Shown here: positions 47,508 to 56,189 of the stretch, one piece after another
How the letters are laid out: every line of letters begins with the position of its first letter
Numbering within the stretch: the stretch's first letter is position 1
From: Alphaproteobacteria bacterium
GTDB taxonomy: Bacteria; Pseudomonadota; Alphaproteobacteria; UBA8366
DNA: 64,000 nucleotides
Assembly (NCBI GenBank): GCA_965228975.1
Contig: OZ245851.1
Location: 5,273,007-5,337,006 of the forward strand
Direction of reading: 5' to 3'
Made by a program: the position numbers and the translations under genes
Notes under the pieces: model-generated
Told to the model about the DNA's origin: nothing
The model's database searches: none
What the model saw: only the letters and a program-made list of their open reading frames with translations

Positions 47508-49207
47508 CGCCGTCGCCACGCCTGGGTGCGGGCGAGGATGCCTCGTGTCAGGATGGCATGCAGCAGCCGTACGGCGGCGGCGGTGGCGACGATCATCATG
47601 CCCATCGCGGCCGCCGGGGCGATGTCGCCGGCATCGTCCATGTTCAGGATCGCGACCGAGGCGAGCGCCGTGTCCGGCGAGTATAGGAACACGACCGCCG
47701 ACACCGTCGTCATGGCGTTAACGAACAAATACATCGAGATATCCAGGATCGCGGGAAGGCAGACTGGTACCGTGATGCGGATGAAGGTGCGGTAGAACGG
47801 CACCTTGAGCGAGGCCGAGACGCTCTCGAACTCGGCGTCCATCTGCTTCAGTGCGGTCACCGCGGTCAGATGCGCGACGGTGTAGAAATGCGTCACCGTG
47901 CAGATCACCAGGATCGGCATCGTATGGTACAGGAAGCCGAGCGGGTTGTCGGGGGCGTTGAAGAAGAAGACATAAGCCAAGCCCAGCACCAGCCCGGGCA
48001 CCGCCATCGGCACCATGCACAGAAACTGCATGGCGGCGCGGCCGGCCAGGAACCCGTTGCTCTTCTCCACCAGGTAGGCGCCGGTAAAGACCAGCACGGT
48101 ACCGATCGCCGCCGTCCAGGCGGCCATCTCGATGGAGTTGAAATAGGCGTCCCAACTGCCGCCGTCCATCAGGTCGAAGTCGTAGTGGTTCAGGACCAGC
48201 GACAGGTCGTAGGGCCAGAACTTGGCGAAGGACGCGAAGGCTGCCATCGCCAGCACCGAAATCAGGATGAAGCCGATGGCGCCGCAGAAGACCAGCATCG
48301 CCAAATCGCCGGTGCGACTGGGCTTGGGTTGGAAGGGCACTGCCCGGGCCGACAACAGCGCCACCTGTTTGCGCTGGACGACGCGGTCGGCGAAGAAGGC
48401 CAGAACGGCGGGCAACAGCAGGACCATGCTGACCACCGCCCCCATCTCGAAATCCTGCCGGCCGACCACCTGTTTGTAAATATCCGTGGCCAGCACGTTG
48501 TACTTGCCGCCGACAACCTTCGGCACGCCGAAGTCGGTGATGACCAGCGTGAAACAGACGAAGAAGGCGGACACGACGCCATATCGGACACTCGGCAGGG
48601 TGACGGTGAAAAAGGTCTTGATCTTGCTGGCGCCGAGCGCGGTGGATGCTTCGTAGAGTCGGGCGTCGGAATTCGCCATCGCGATCAGCATGATCGTCAG
48701 GACATGCGGAAAGACGTAGAAGCTCTCGCCCATCACGATCCCGATCGGGCCGTAGATGTCGTAGCCGAAAAGCCAGGATTTTATGATCCCCTGGTTGCCG
48801 AAGAGATAAACGAGCGCGATCGCCGGCAGCAGCGACGGCATCAGGATCGGGATCAGTGCCACGCCCTTGAAGAAACTCTTGAACGGCATGCAGGTGCGGG
48901 TCAGGGCATAGGCGTAGACGAAGGCGATCGGTACGACGATGAAACAGCTCAGCAATGTCACCGTCAGGCTGTTTTGGATCGACCAGAACAAGGCCGGCGT
49001 CGAAAAGAATTTGGCGTAGTTCGATAGGCCGATAAACGCGCCGTCGGCATCCTTGAAGCTCTTGGACAGGATGGCGTAGAGCGGTAACAGGATCGACACG
49101 AACAGATAGAGCGCGATTCCGACCAGCACCGCACGCATGATCCAGTCTTCGCTGCTGACCTTCGGTTTGATGACGGGAGCGGTCCCGGTGGCGACGCTGT
49201 CGGTCAT
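47504..49207 (-). CDS. ABC transporter permease, duplicated (two-domain) Fe3+/2-aminoethylphosphonate type
   Basis: 567 aa with 12 predicted TM segments and two EAA-like loops (YEASTALGASKIKTFF and SASLKVPFYRTF). Confidence 0.8.
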   Translation of the reverse strand: MTDSVATGTAPVIKPKVSSEDWIMRAVLVGIALYLFVSILLPLYAILSKSFKDADGAFIGLSNYAKFFSTPALFWSIQNSLTVTLLSCFIVVPIAFVYAYALTRTCMPFKSFFKGVALIPILMPSLLPAIALVYLFGNQGIIKSWLFGYDIYGPIGIVMGESFYVFPHVLTIMLIAMANSDARLYEASTALGASKIKTFFTVTLPSVRYGVVSAFFVCFTLVITDFGVPKVVGGKYNVLATDIYKQVVGRQDFEMGAVVSMVLLLPAVLAFFADRVVQRKQVALLSARAVPFQPKPSRTGDLAMLVFCGAIGFILISVLAMAAFASFAKFWPYDLSLVLNHYDFDLMDGGSWDAYFNSIEMAAWTAAIGTVLVFTGAYLVEKSNGFLAGRAAMQFLCMVPMAVPGLVLGLAYVFFFNAPDNPLGFLYHTMPILVICTVTHFYTVAHLTAVTALKQMDAEFESVSASLKVPFYRTFIRITVPVCLPAILDISMYLFVNAMTTVSAVVFLYSPDTALASVAILNMDDAGDIAPAAAMGMMIVATAAAVRLLHAILTRGILARTQAWRRR

Positions 49208-49214
49208 GTCACGC

Positions 49215-50315
49215 CTATTCGGTTTCGCCCAACGCGTAGACGCGGACGAATTCCGACGGCAACAGAACGTTCAACGTCCGGCCCGTCTCGATTTGCAGCG
49301 TGCGCGCGCGGTTTGCGGAAAGATCCGCCATGAATTCCTCCCCGCTGCCGCCCGTGGGAACGAGGTGGCAGCGATGGAAGGATCCGAGGAATTCGACGTC
49401 CGAAACCGTGACCTCGAAACTGCCCGCTTGCCCGTCGGCCGTCTCGGTCACCAGCACGTCCTCAGGCCGGACGCAGATCGTCACTTTGTCGCCGGCCGCA
49501 AAGGCGCTGCAGTCGCCGTTCGCGGCGATGGTAACGCCGGCGACCGAGATGCGCCCGTCGTCGGTCATGACGCCTTCGATGAAATTCGTCGTGCCGATGA
49601 AATCCGCGACAAAGGGCGAGGCCGGTTTGGCGTAAACATCGGTCGGGGTGCTGATCTGCTCGATGAACCCCTCGTTCATCACGACGATCCGGTCGGCCAT
49701 CGCCAGTGCTTCTTCCTGGTCATGCGTCACCATGATGGTCGTGACGCCGATCTTGTCCTGCAATTGCTTGATCTCATGGCGCAAATGCACGCGGACTTTC
49801 GCATCCAGCGCCGACAATGGTTCGTCGAGCAGCAACAGCCCCGGCGACGTGGCAAGCGCCCGCGCCAGTGCGACCCGCTGCTGTTGCCCGCCGGAAAGCT
49901 GCGCCGGGTATTTGTCGCGGTGTTCCTCAAGGCCGACAAGCTCGATCAATTCGGAGACCCGCGCGTCGATCTCCGCGCGGGGCTTCTTCTTGTTCTCTAG
50001 GCCGTAGGCGATGTTCCGCGCCACCGTGAGGTTCGGAAACAGCGCATAGGACTGGAAGACGATCCCGAAATCGCGTTCGCTCGGCGGCAACGCGGAGATA
50101 TCGACCCCGGCTTGATGGATGGTGCCGGATGTCTGGATGTCCAAACCGGCGATCGCCCGCAGCAGTGTGGTCTTGCCGCAGCCCGAGGGGCCCAGGAAAC
50201 AGACGAATTCGCCTTCATATACGTCGAGCGAGACATCCCGGAGGGCGACGAACTCGCCGAATTTTTTCGTCAGATGTTGTATGCGCAGATACGCGCCGCC
50301 GTCCGATCCAGCCAT
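49215..50315 (-). CDS. ABC transporter ATP-binding protein with C-terminal TOBE-like domain
   Basis: Walker A GPSGCGKTT, signature LSGGQQQRVALARAL, Walker B LLLDEPLSALD; 366 aa. Confidence 0.9.
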   Translation of the reverse strand: MAGSDGGAYLRIQHLTKKFGEFVALRDVSLDVYEGEFVCFLGPSGCGKTTLLRAIAGLDIQTSGTIHQAGVDISALPPSERDFGIVFQSYALFPNLTVARNIAYGLENKKKPRAEIDARVSELIELVGLEEHRDKYPAQLSGGQQQRVALARALATSPGLLLLDEPLSALDAKVRVHLRHEIKQLQDKIGVTTIMVTHDQEEALAMADRIVVMNEGFIEQISTPTDVYAKPASPFVADFIGTTNFIEGVMTDDGRISVAGVTIAANGDCSAFAAGDKVTICVRPEDVLVTETADGQAGSFEVTVSDVEFLGSFHRCHLVPTGGSGEEFMADLSANRARTLQIETGRTLNVLLPSEFVRVYALGETE

Positions 50316-50372
50316 GCGCCCGATCCTCCCCCTCCTACCGTATCAGAAACGCGGCAGGGTCGGCCTAAGGAA

Positions 50373-50401
50373 GACGCCCCGGCTCCATGCGGAGACCGGG
50401 G
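50373..50401 (-). terminator. Intercistronic stem-loop after the ABC binding-protein gene
   Basis: CGCCCCGG pairs with CCGGGGCG, extended by TCC/GGA around a bulge. It lies 30 nt downstream of the binding-protein stop and is flanked by A- and T-rich runs. Confidence 0.45.
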
Positions 50402-50430
50402 CGAATTTTTCTTCCGTCAAAAAGCCGAGC

Positions 50431-51477
50431 CTACTTCTTCTTCGGTTCGGACTTTCCGTCGTAGCGCTTGCGCCACTCGTCCAGGATGCGAATCCGGTTG
50501 GCGGCCGCCCAATCGAAATCGTTCTTGATCATCTTGTCTTCGATGCCCGGCGGGAAATTCTTCACCGGCTTGGCGACGCCCGGCATGGCGACCACGGCGT
50601 ATTCCTCGTTGTAGATCTGGTTCGCCTTTTTGGTCACGGACCAGTCCGCCAACGCCTGTGCGGCTTTCAGGTTCTTCGTGTTGTGCACGATACCGAAGGC
50701 TTCCAGGTCCCAGCCGACACCTTCCGCCGGGGCCACAACCTCAAGCGGTGCGCCCTGGTTCTTGGACTTGGCGCCGCGGTAGGCGAAGGAAACGCCGATG
50801 GGGATTTCACCCTTGGCGGCGAGCTTGCACGGCTTGGAGCCGGAATGGGTGTAGCGCGCGATGTTGGTGTGCAGCGCGTCCATGTAACCCCACGCATTTT
50901 TCTCGCCCTTCAACTGGATCCAGGACGAGACGTCCAGGAAGCCGGTGCCCGACGAGTTCGGGTTCGGCATGATCACGTGGCCCTTGTAGACGGGCTTCGT
51001 CAGGTCGTCCCACGTGCTGGGTACCGGCAGCTTATGCTTCTTGCCTTCGACCGTGTTGTAGCAGATCGACGCGATCCAGGCCCGCTGGCCGACCCAGAGC
51101 GGCGGATTGTTCTTCGAATCGACGTATTTCTTGTCGAGCTTCTCGACGCCCTTCGGCGCGTAACCCTGGAAATAGTTGTGCTTGCTGAGCAGCAAGAGGC
51201 TCGTCGCAGCGACACCCCAGACGATATCCGCCTTCGGGTTGTCCTTTTCCGCGAGCAGCTTCGACGTGATGATGCCCGTGGAGTCGCGCACCCACTTGAT
51301 GTTCACATCGGGGTAATCGGATTCGAACGCCTTCTTGAATTTCTTCAACTCGTCCGCTTCCACCGCCGTATAGACCAGCAGATCGGTTTTGGCCTGGGCG
51401 ACGCCGGCGCTCATCATGACGGCCGTCATGGTCGCCGCGATACCCATGCCGAATTTCGACATCAATTTCGATCTCAT
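50431..51477 (-). CDS. Periplasmic substrate-binding protein, Fe3+/2-aminoethylphosphonate (PhnS2-like) family
   Basis: Signal peptide MRSKLMSKFGMGIAATMTAVMMSAGVAQA; LLVYTAVEADELKKF and PNPNSSGTGFL motifs. The ATG at 51477 has an AGGGAA RBS. The track start at 51519 falls inside the putative promoter. Confidence 0.8.
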   Translation of the reverse strand: MRSKLMSKFGMGIAATMTAVMMSAGVAQAKTDLLVYTAVEADELKKFKKAFESDYPDVNIKWVRDSTGIITSKLLAEKDNPKADIVWGVAATSLLLLSKHNYFQGYAPKGVEKLDKKYVDSKNNPPLWVGQRAWIASICYNTVEGKKHKLPVPSTWDDLTKPVYKGHVIMPNPNSSGTGFLDVSSWIQLKGEKNAWGYMDALHTNIARYTHSGSKPCKLAAKGEIPIGVSFAYRGAKSKNQGAPLEVVAPAEGVGWDLEAFGIVHNTKNLKAAQALADWSVTKKANQIYNEEYAVVAMPGVAKPVKNFPPGIEDKMIKNDFDWAAANRIRILDEWRKRYDGKSEPKKK

Positions 51478-51504
51478 TGAATTGTTCCCTGTTATGACAC
51501 CCGG

Positions 51505-51538
51505 ATTATGCAAGTACATCGTTACCGGTACGTGACAA
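51505..51538 (-). promoter_or_regulatory. Candidate Pho-box-type promoter
   Basis: The minus strand reads TTGTCAC-GTAC-CGGTAAC, then 10 nt, then CATAAT. This is two 7-nt repeats spaced by 4 nt and placed 10 nt upstream of a near-consensus -10, the E. coli-type Pho promoter geometry. The second repeat matches the CTGTCAY consensus at only 5 of 7 positions. Confidence 0.35.
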
Positions 51539-51590
51539 TTGTACCGATTTATTCCGATGGCGGTAGGGCTTGGCGCAAATTAGTTTCCGG

Positions 51591-52385
51591 TCAGCCCCGG
51601 GGCTGGCCGACGCCGCCTTGATGCGCGAAGGCGCCGACGTCGACGACCGTGCCGGAAATCTGTGCGGCCTCGTCCGACAATAGGAAGGCGACCGCGTTGG
51701 CGATGTCCTGCGGTTGGGTTTGCCGGCCGCTCGCGGTGACGGGCTGCGTCCCGCTGCCGGCGCCGCTGCCCGCCATCGCCTCGACCATGCCCGAAGCGGT
51801 TTGCGGTCCCGGGACCACGACATTGACGCGGACGCGGTCCTTGAGATGGTCGTAGGCCAACGCGGCGCTGAGCGCGAAGACGCCGCCCTTGCTGGCGCAG
51901 TAGGCGGCGATACCCGGCTTACCCCAGCCCGCGCCGGACCCGATATTCACGATCGATCCGCCGCCGGCGTCGCGCATATGCGGGATCACCGCCTTGCACA
52001 ATAGGAATTGTCCCTTGAGGTTCACGGCGACGACCCGGTCGAAGGTGGCTTCGTCGGTGTCGAGGACCGTGCCGCTCGGCCGCAGCGCGGCGTTGTTGAC
52101 CGCGCCGTCGATCCGGCCGTGCAGCGATAAGGCATGGTCGACCACGCCGGCGACCGCTGCCGCTTCGGCCACGTCGGCTTCGATCACGTCGGCCTTGAGG
52201 CCTTCCTCGGCCAAGGCGGCCTTTGTGCCCTCGATACCATTGTCGGCGGCGCTGCCCGGTTGCTTGCCGTCGAGTCCGAAGGCCACGACATTCCATCCCC
52301 GCCGTGCCAGATCGAGCACGATCCCGCGCCCGATGCCGTAGGTGCCGCCGGACACGATAACGGTTCTGGGATCGCTGTTGGGCAT
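51591..52385 (-). CDS. Short-chain dehydrogenase/reductase (SDR)
   Basis: VSGGTYGIGRG cofactor motif and YCASK catalytic YxxxK; 264 aa. Confidence 0.9.
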   Translation of the reverse strand: MPNSDPRTVIVSGGTYGIGRGIVLDLARRGWNVVAFGLDGKQPGSAADNGIEGTKAALAEEGLKADVIEADVAEAAAVAGVVDHALSLHGRIDGAVNNAALRPSGTVLDTDEATFDRVVAVNLKGQFLLCKAVIPHMRDAGGGSIVNIGSGAGWGKPGIAAYCASKGGVFALSAALAYDHLKDRVRVNVVVPGPQTASGMVEAMAGSGAGSGTQPVTASGRQTQPQDIANAVAFLLSDEAAQISGTVVDVGAFAHQGGVGQPRG

Positions 52386-52428
52386 GGCGTGTCCTTTGTT
52401 TGGGGTGGTTGTCCGACTTGAACGGTAT

Positions 52429-52528
52429 TGTCATTCCCGCGAACCTGGGAATCCAGTGAATTCACTTGATGGCGAGACGGCGTGCGGGGTCAGCAGTTGG
52501 TTGGATTCCCGCTTCCGCGGGAATGACA
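52429..52528. repeat. REPIN-like doublet A: two inverted ~26-bp REP palindromes separated by 47 bp
   Basis: TGTCATTCCCGCGAACCTGGGAATCCA (52429-52455) faces the inverted copy GGATTCCCGCTTCCGCGGGAATGACA (52503-52528). Each arm is itself a hairpin of the form ATTCCCGC-N4-GCGGGAAT; the left arm is degenerate. Confidence 0.7.
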
Positions 52529-52547
52529 CTCGGTTTGCATTCGCTGC

Positions 52548-53084
52548 TTAAAAGAAAACCGTCAGGTTCTTCGCCAACAGCACGCTTTGGTCGAGGTAGA
52601 TTTCGCGCGCCGCGATGGCGAAGCCGTCGTCGGTTTCGCGCAGCGTGTCTTGGCGCTTGCCGACGAAGAAGTCCGTCTCCGTCTCGGTCCGGTTACGGTA
52701 GACGATGAAACGGCAGCGGGCGGTCAGCGTTTCTTCGTCGGCCTCGGTGACCTGCAGGTTCGAGAACATGTGACAGGTCCGCGAGACCGGCTCCTCGGCC
52801 CAATGCAGACCGGTGGCGATTTGCTTGACCCGCTGCTCCAGTTCGAACTTGCCCTCGTCGAACCAGTTCAGGTCCTTGCCTTCGCGGGTGTATTCGTCAT
52901 CCCACTCGCCGTGGCCCTTGTTGCGCATGACGGGCATCCAATAGCGGATATCGTCGGCCAGCAGATCGAGCCATGCCTCGAACTGGCGCGTGTCCAGCAG
53001 TTCGGCCTCGTGGATGTAGAACTGCTCGACCCGGTACCGCAGCAGCAACTCGTCGATCAGGGTGTTTTGCGGCGTTCCCTCCAT
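52548..53084 (-). CDS. Aromatic ring-hydroxylating dioxygenase beta (small) subunit
   Basis: 178 aa with the NTF2-like pattern (EAELLDTRQFEAWLDLLADDIRYWMP). It lies 9 nt downstream of the alpha subunit gene. Confidence 0.85.
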   Translation of the reverse strand: MEGTPQNTLIDELLLRYRVEQFYIHEAELLDTRQFEAWLDLLADDIRYWMPVMRNKGHGEWDDEYTREGKDLNWFDEGKFELEQRVKQIATGLHWAEEPVSRTCHMFSNLQVTEADEETLTARCRFIVYRNRTETETDFFVGKRQDTLRETDDGFAIAAREIYLDQSVLLAKNLTVFF

Positions 53085-53093
53085 GACCGTTTC

Positions 53094-54461
53094 CTATTCC
53101 GCCGCTTCGGCGGGTTTCGGATGGCGGCGCGCGGTCGGCGGGTCGTCCATGATCTCCGCCCAGCGGGCATAATAGGCGCGCTGGTTCTGCTCCGACACGT
53201 CCTCGGTCGCGGAGACGTTGCCGCCCAGCCATTCGACCGGCCATCCCTTGCGTTCGTAGCCCATGCCCATGCCGTAGTGGAAGTCGTACCGCCGCGCGAT
53301 CGTGCCGCGGGCGCCTTCATGGGCGGAGCCCCAATTCTCCATATCGTCCTGCTCGGTCAGGCCGGACGGCCCCTGGTAGCGGATGACGTAATGGCGCAAC
53401 ACGTTCTTGACCTCGTCGGGTGCTTCCTTCGGTGCGAGGAAGATGCGCCAAATCTCGGTCTCGTGCGGACCGCTGGGGTGCCAGGTGCCCATGCTCTGCA
53501 CGCCGTTGGAGTAGGAGACATTGGGGAAGATCGTGCCGCCATGCCCGAACCACCGGGCTTTCTCGCCGAGCCGGGATTGCCGTTGTTTGTAACAGTCGCG
53601 GAAATAGTCCTCGACCACGGCCATTTCCTGATAGGTCGGCAGATACTCGTAGTCGTCCTTGAAAAGCTCGCCCCGTGCGTTGTGCCCTTCGGGCGTCACG
53701 CAGATGTTGAGCTTGTACAACTCGCGCGCCTTGGTGACGGCGTCGTAGGTGTGGCGGCCCTTCACCCCGGCGGGCGACAGCACGATGGCGTCGACCGACG
53801 CGTGGCTCGGGTTGTGGTAATAGTCGCCGCCGAAATTCTCCGCGCCGAATTTCCAATTGCACGGGACGCGCCATTTGAAGATCCCGCCGAACGCCTCCCA
53901 ATCGCCATGGGTGCCGTCGGGCAATTCGCAGTAGTCGTCGAAATAGAAACGCAGGTCGCCGAGATAGGTCTCGAAGTCCGGAGTCTCTCCGTCCCAGCAG
54001 GCGAAGATATAGCCGTGATAGTTGGCCACGCGCGCCTCGATCAGGCCCCACTCGGACTTGTCGAGTTCGTTGTGGTAGCCGGTCTCCATCTTCGGCACGC
54101 CGACCAGTGCGCCCTCGTCGGAAAACACCCAGGCGTGGAAGGGACACATGAACTTACGAGTGTTGCCGGTATCGGCGCGGCAAACACGCATGCCCCGGTG
54201 TCGGCAGTTGTTGAGGAAGACGTGCAACTTGCCGTTCCGGTCGCGGTTGAAGATCACCGACTCCTCGGCCATGCGGCTCAGGATGAAATCGCCCGGCTCG
54301 GGGATCTGGCTCTCGTGGCCGACGAACAGCCAGGAGCGGGGAAAAATCCGCTCCAACTCGTCTTCGTAGATGGCCTGATCCGTGAAGATGTCCCGGCTGA
54401 TCCGCCCGGCGTCGATGTTGACCAGGTCGCCGGTGTATCGGCGGGGGCCATTGCCGCCCAT
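53094..54461 (-). CDS. Rieske [2Fe-2S] aromatic ring-hydroxylating dioxygenase alpha subunit
   Basis: Rieske motif CRHRGMRVC...CPFHAW, and a catalytic domain containing NWKFGAENFGGDYYHNPSH (mononuclear iron His residues). Confidence 0.9.
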   Translation of the reverse strand: MGGNGPRRYTGDLVNIDAGRISRDIFTDQAIYEDELERIFPRSWLFVGHESQIPEPGDFILSRMAEESVIFNRDRNGKLHVFLNNCRHRGMRVCRADTGNTRKFMCPFHAWVFSDEGALVGVPKMETGYHNELDKSEWGLIEARVANYHGYIFACWDGETPDFETYLGDLRFYFDDYCELPDGTHGDWEAFGGIFKWRVPCNWKFGAENFGGDYYHNPSHASVDAIVLSPAGVKGRHTYDAVTKARELYKLNICVTPEGHNARGELFKDDYEYLPTYQEMAVVEDYFRDCYKQRQSRLGEKARWFGHGGTIFPNVSYSNGVQSMGTWHPSGPHETEIWRIFLAPKEAPDEVKNVLRHYVIRYQGPSGLTEQDDMENWGSAHEGARGTIARRYDFHYGMGMGYERKGWPVEWLGGNVSATEDVSEQNQRAYYARWAEIMDDPPTARRHPKPAEAAE

Positions 54462-54615
54462 GGTCGTTTCCTTCCCGCTATCGTCTTTATTTACAGAGGA
54501 TTATAGCGATCCGACCAACCACCCGACAACATGAACGGGTCAGTTAAATCGCCGCAGGGCCGAGCGGATTCTCAAGGCGGTTCCGAGTGTTTCGTGTGAC
54601 CCGGCCTCCTCGGCC

Positions 54616-54715
54616 GTCATTCCCGCGAAGGCGGGAATCCAGGCAACGATAGCCTCTGCACCCAAATATCGGGGTTTTCCCGCAACCATGGATTCCCGCC
54701 TTCGCGGGAATGACA
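54616..54715. repeat. REPIN-like doublet B: two perfectly inverted 25-26-bp REP palindromes separated by 47-48 bp
   Basis: GTCATTCCCGCGAAGGCGGGAATCCA (54616-54641) faces GGATTCCCGCCTTCGCGGGAATGACA (54690-54715). The arms are exact reverse complements, each with an 8-bp stem and 4-nt loop. Confidence 0.75.
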
Positions 54716-54820
54716 GTTTCGGAGGGACCGTAACTAGGAGCCGCGAAACGTTATGCAACGCGTTGCGGTCTGTCCTTAAACGCCTAGAATGTGCCGGCTT
54801 ATCTCAGAGCGAGCGAATCC

Positions 54821-55696
54821 ATGAGCACCGACTCCCCGATCTGGCCGTCTCAATTGGACCATCTGCGGCTGAATTCAGACGATCCCGCAATGCTGGCGGA
54901 TTTCTATGCCGATACTTTCGGCTATCAGGCGTCGCCGATGCCGGATGGGACTGTCCTTCTGCAAGGACCCGGCCGGCGCTTGGTGATCGGCCCCGGTGCG
55001 CCGGGTGAGCGACCCTACCACGGGTTCCGCGTCCAGGACCGGCAGCAGCTGCAGGACATCCGCGATTTCGTTCAAGGGCAGGGCGTGAACACCGAGCCGT
55101 CGCCGTCGACCATCTTCGAGGACGACGCGGTCGCGGTGCGGGATCCCGACGGTTGGCTGAACGTGTTCGGCTTGGTGCGCCGGGACCTGCCGTCGCACAA
55201 GGCGGTCAACACGCCGTCGGCGGTCAAACTGTCCGGGCGCTTGCAGCATGTCGTGGTCGCGACCGACAATCTCGCGCGCATGATGTCCTTCTACGAGGAT
55301 GTGCTCGGTTATGTGCCGTCCGACTATTGCAGCGCCGATGTGGACGATCCGGCGACGCGCAAGGTCGCCTTCTACCGGTCGGATCCGGAACACCACAGTT
55401 TCGCGGTGTTCAGCGCGTCGCAGGTCGGTTCGGACCATCATGCCTATGAGGCGTCGTCGTGGAACGACATCCGTGATTGGGCCGATCACATGTCCTCGCG
55501 GCATATCAAGCTGTGGTGGGGGCCGGGCCGGCACGGACCCGGCAACAACCTGTTCTTCATGATCAAGGACCCGCACGGCAACCAGGTGGAGATTTCCGCC
55601 GAGCTGGAAATCATGCCGCGCGAAATGGCGCCGCGCGTCTGGCCGCTCGAGGAACGCAGTCTCAACCTGTGGGGTCCGGGCTGGATTCGCGACTAA
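54821..55696 (+). CDS. Two-domain VOC-superfamily extradiol ring-cleavage dioxygenase
   Basis: LQHVVVATDNLARMMSFYEDVLGY, HHSFAV, DHHAYE and GPGRHGPGNNLFFMIKDPHGNQVE fit the type I extradiol dioxygenase metal-ligand pattern. ATG at 54821. Confidence 0.8.
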   Translation: MSTDSPIWPSQLDHLRLNSDDPAMLADFYADTFGYQASPMPDGTVLLQGPGRRLVIGPGAPGERPYHGFRVQDRQQLQDIRDFVQGQGVNTEPSPSTIFEDDAVAVRDPDGWLNVFGLVRRDLPSHKAVNTPSAVKLSGRLQHVVVATDNLARMMSFYEDVLGYVPSDYCSADVDDPATRKVAFYRSDPEHHSFAVFSASQVGSDHHAYEASSWNDIRDWADHMSSRHIKLWWGPGRHGPGNNLFFMIKDPHGNQVEISAELEIMPREMAPRVWPLEERSLNLWGPGWIRD

Positions 55697-55714
55697 CACC
55701 AGGAAGGAAACGGC

Positions 55715-56068
55715 ATGCCGATCACGGCACGATACATCTTCACCGCCAGCATGGACGTGGACCCGGACAAGGAAGACCTGTTCAACGAAGTCTATGACCA
55801 AGAGCACGTCCCGATGCTGCTGAAGGTTCCGGGCGTCCTCTCGGTGACGCGGTTGAAGCAGGCGCCGCTGACGCTCAGCATCGGCGGCGAGGAAAAGACG
55901 GTCGACACCAGCGCCGAGCCGACCTACAGCGCGGTCTACGAGATCGAAAGCCCAGACGTGCTGACCAGCACCGAATGGGCCGACGCGATCGAGCAGGGCC
56001 GCTGGCCGGAACAGGTCCGTCCCTACACGAGCAACCGGCGTCATACCCTGCAGAAGGTGATGGACTAG
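55715..56068 (+). CDS. Small EthD/DUF4286-like dimeric alpha/beta-barrel protein
   Basis: 117 aa. MDVDPDKEDLFNEVYDQEHVPMLLKVPGVLSVTRL resembles the xFxxWYxxEHxPxxxxxPG pattern of this superfamily. The family assignment is from memory only. Confidence 0.45.
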   Translation: MPITARYIFTASMDVDPDKEDLFNEVYDQEHVPMLLKVPGVLSVTRLKQAPLTLSIGGEEKTVDTSAEPTYSAVYEIESPDVLTSTEWADAIEQGRWPEQVRPYTSNRRHTLQKVMD

Positions 56069-56189
56069 CGGCGGCATTGGCCGAATCGGTTCCATGGCCG
56101 TGTGCACAGGTGGTCCTTGAATCTTTTGGCGTGATCGCGAAAGTGCTGCGCGTATTCCGGTTGATCGATATCGTGATTTGAGGATTGCA

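Noticed and set aside
52587-54506. 639-aa plus-strand ORF covering both Rieske oxygenase genes. Similar long ORFs occur at 32667-34628(+), 54875-56356(-), 28914-30050(+), 10853-12379(-), 61376-62707(-), 16688-18073(-), 18675-19973(-), 35274-36227(+), 50119-51480(+) and 47870-49027(+).
   Set aside because: These are shadow ORFs antisense to genes with strong family signatures. Their compositions are dominated by R, G, A, D, H and P with no motifs. They are the expected result of stop-codon depletion in high-GC DNA.
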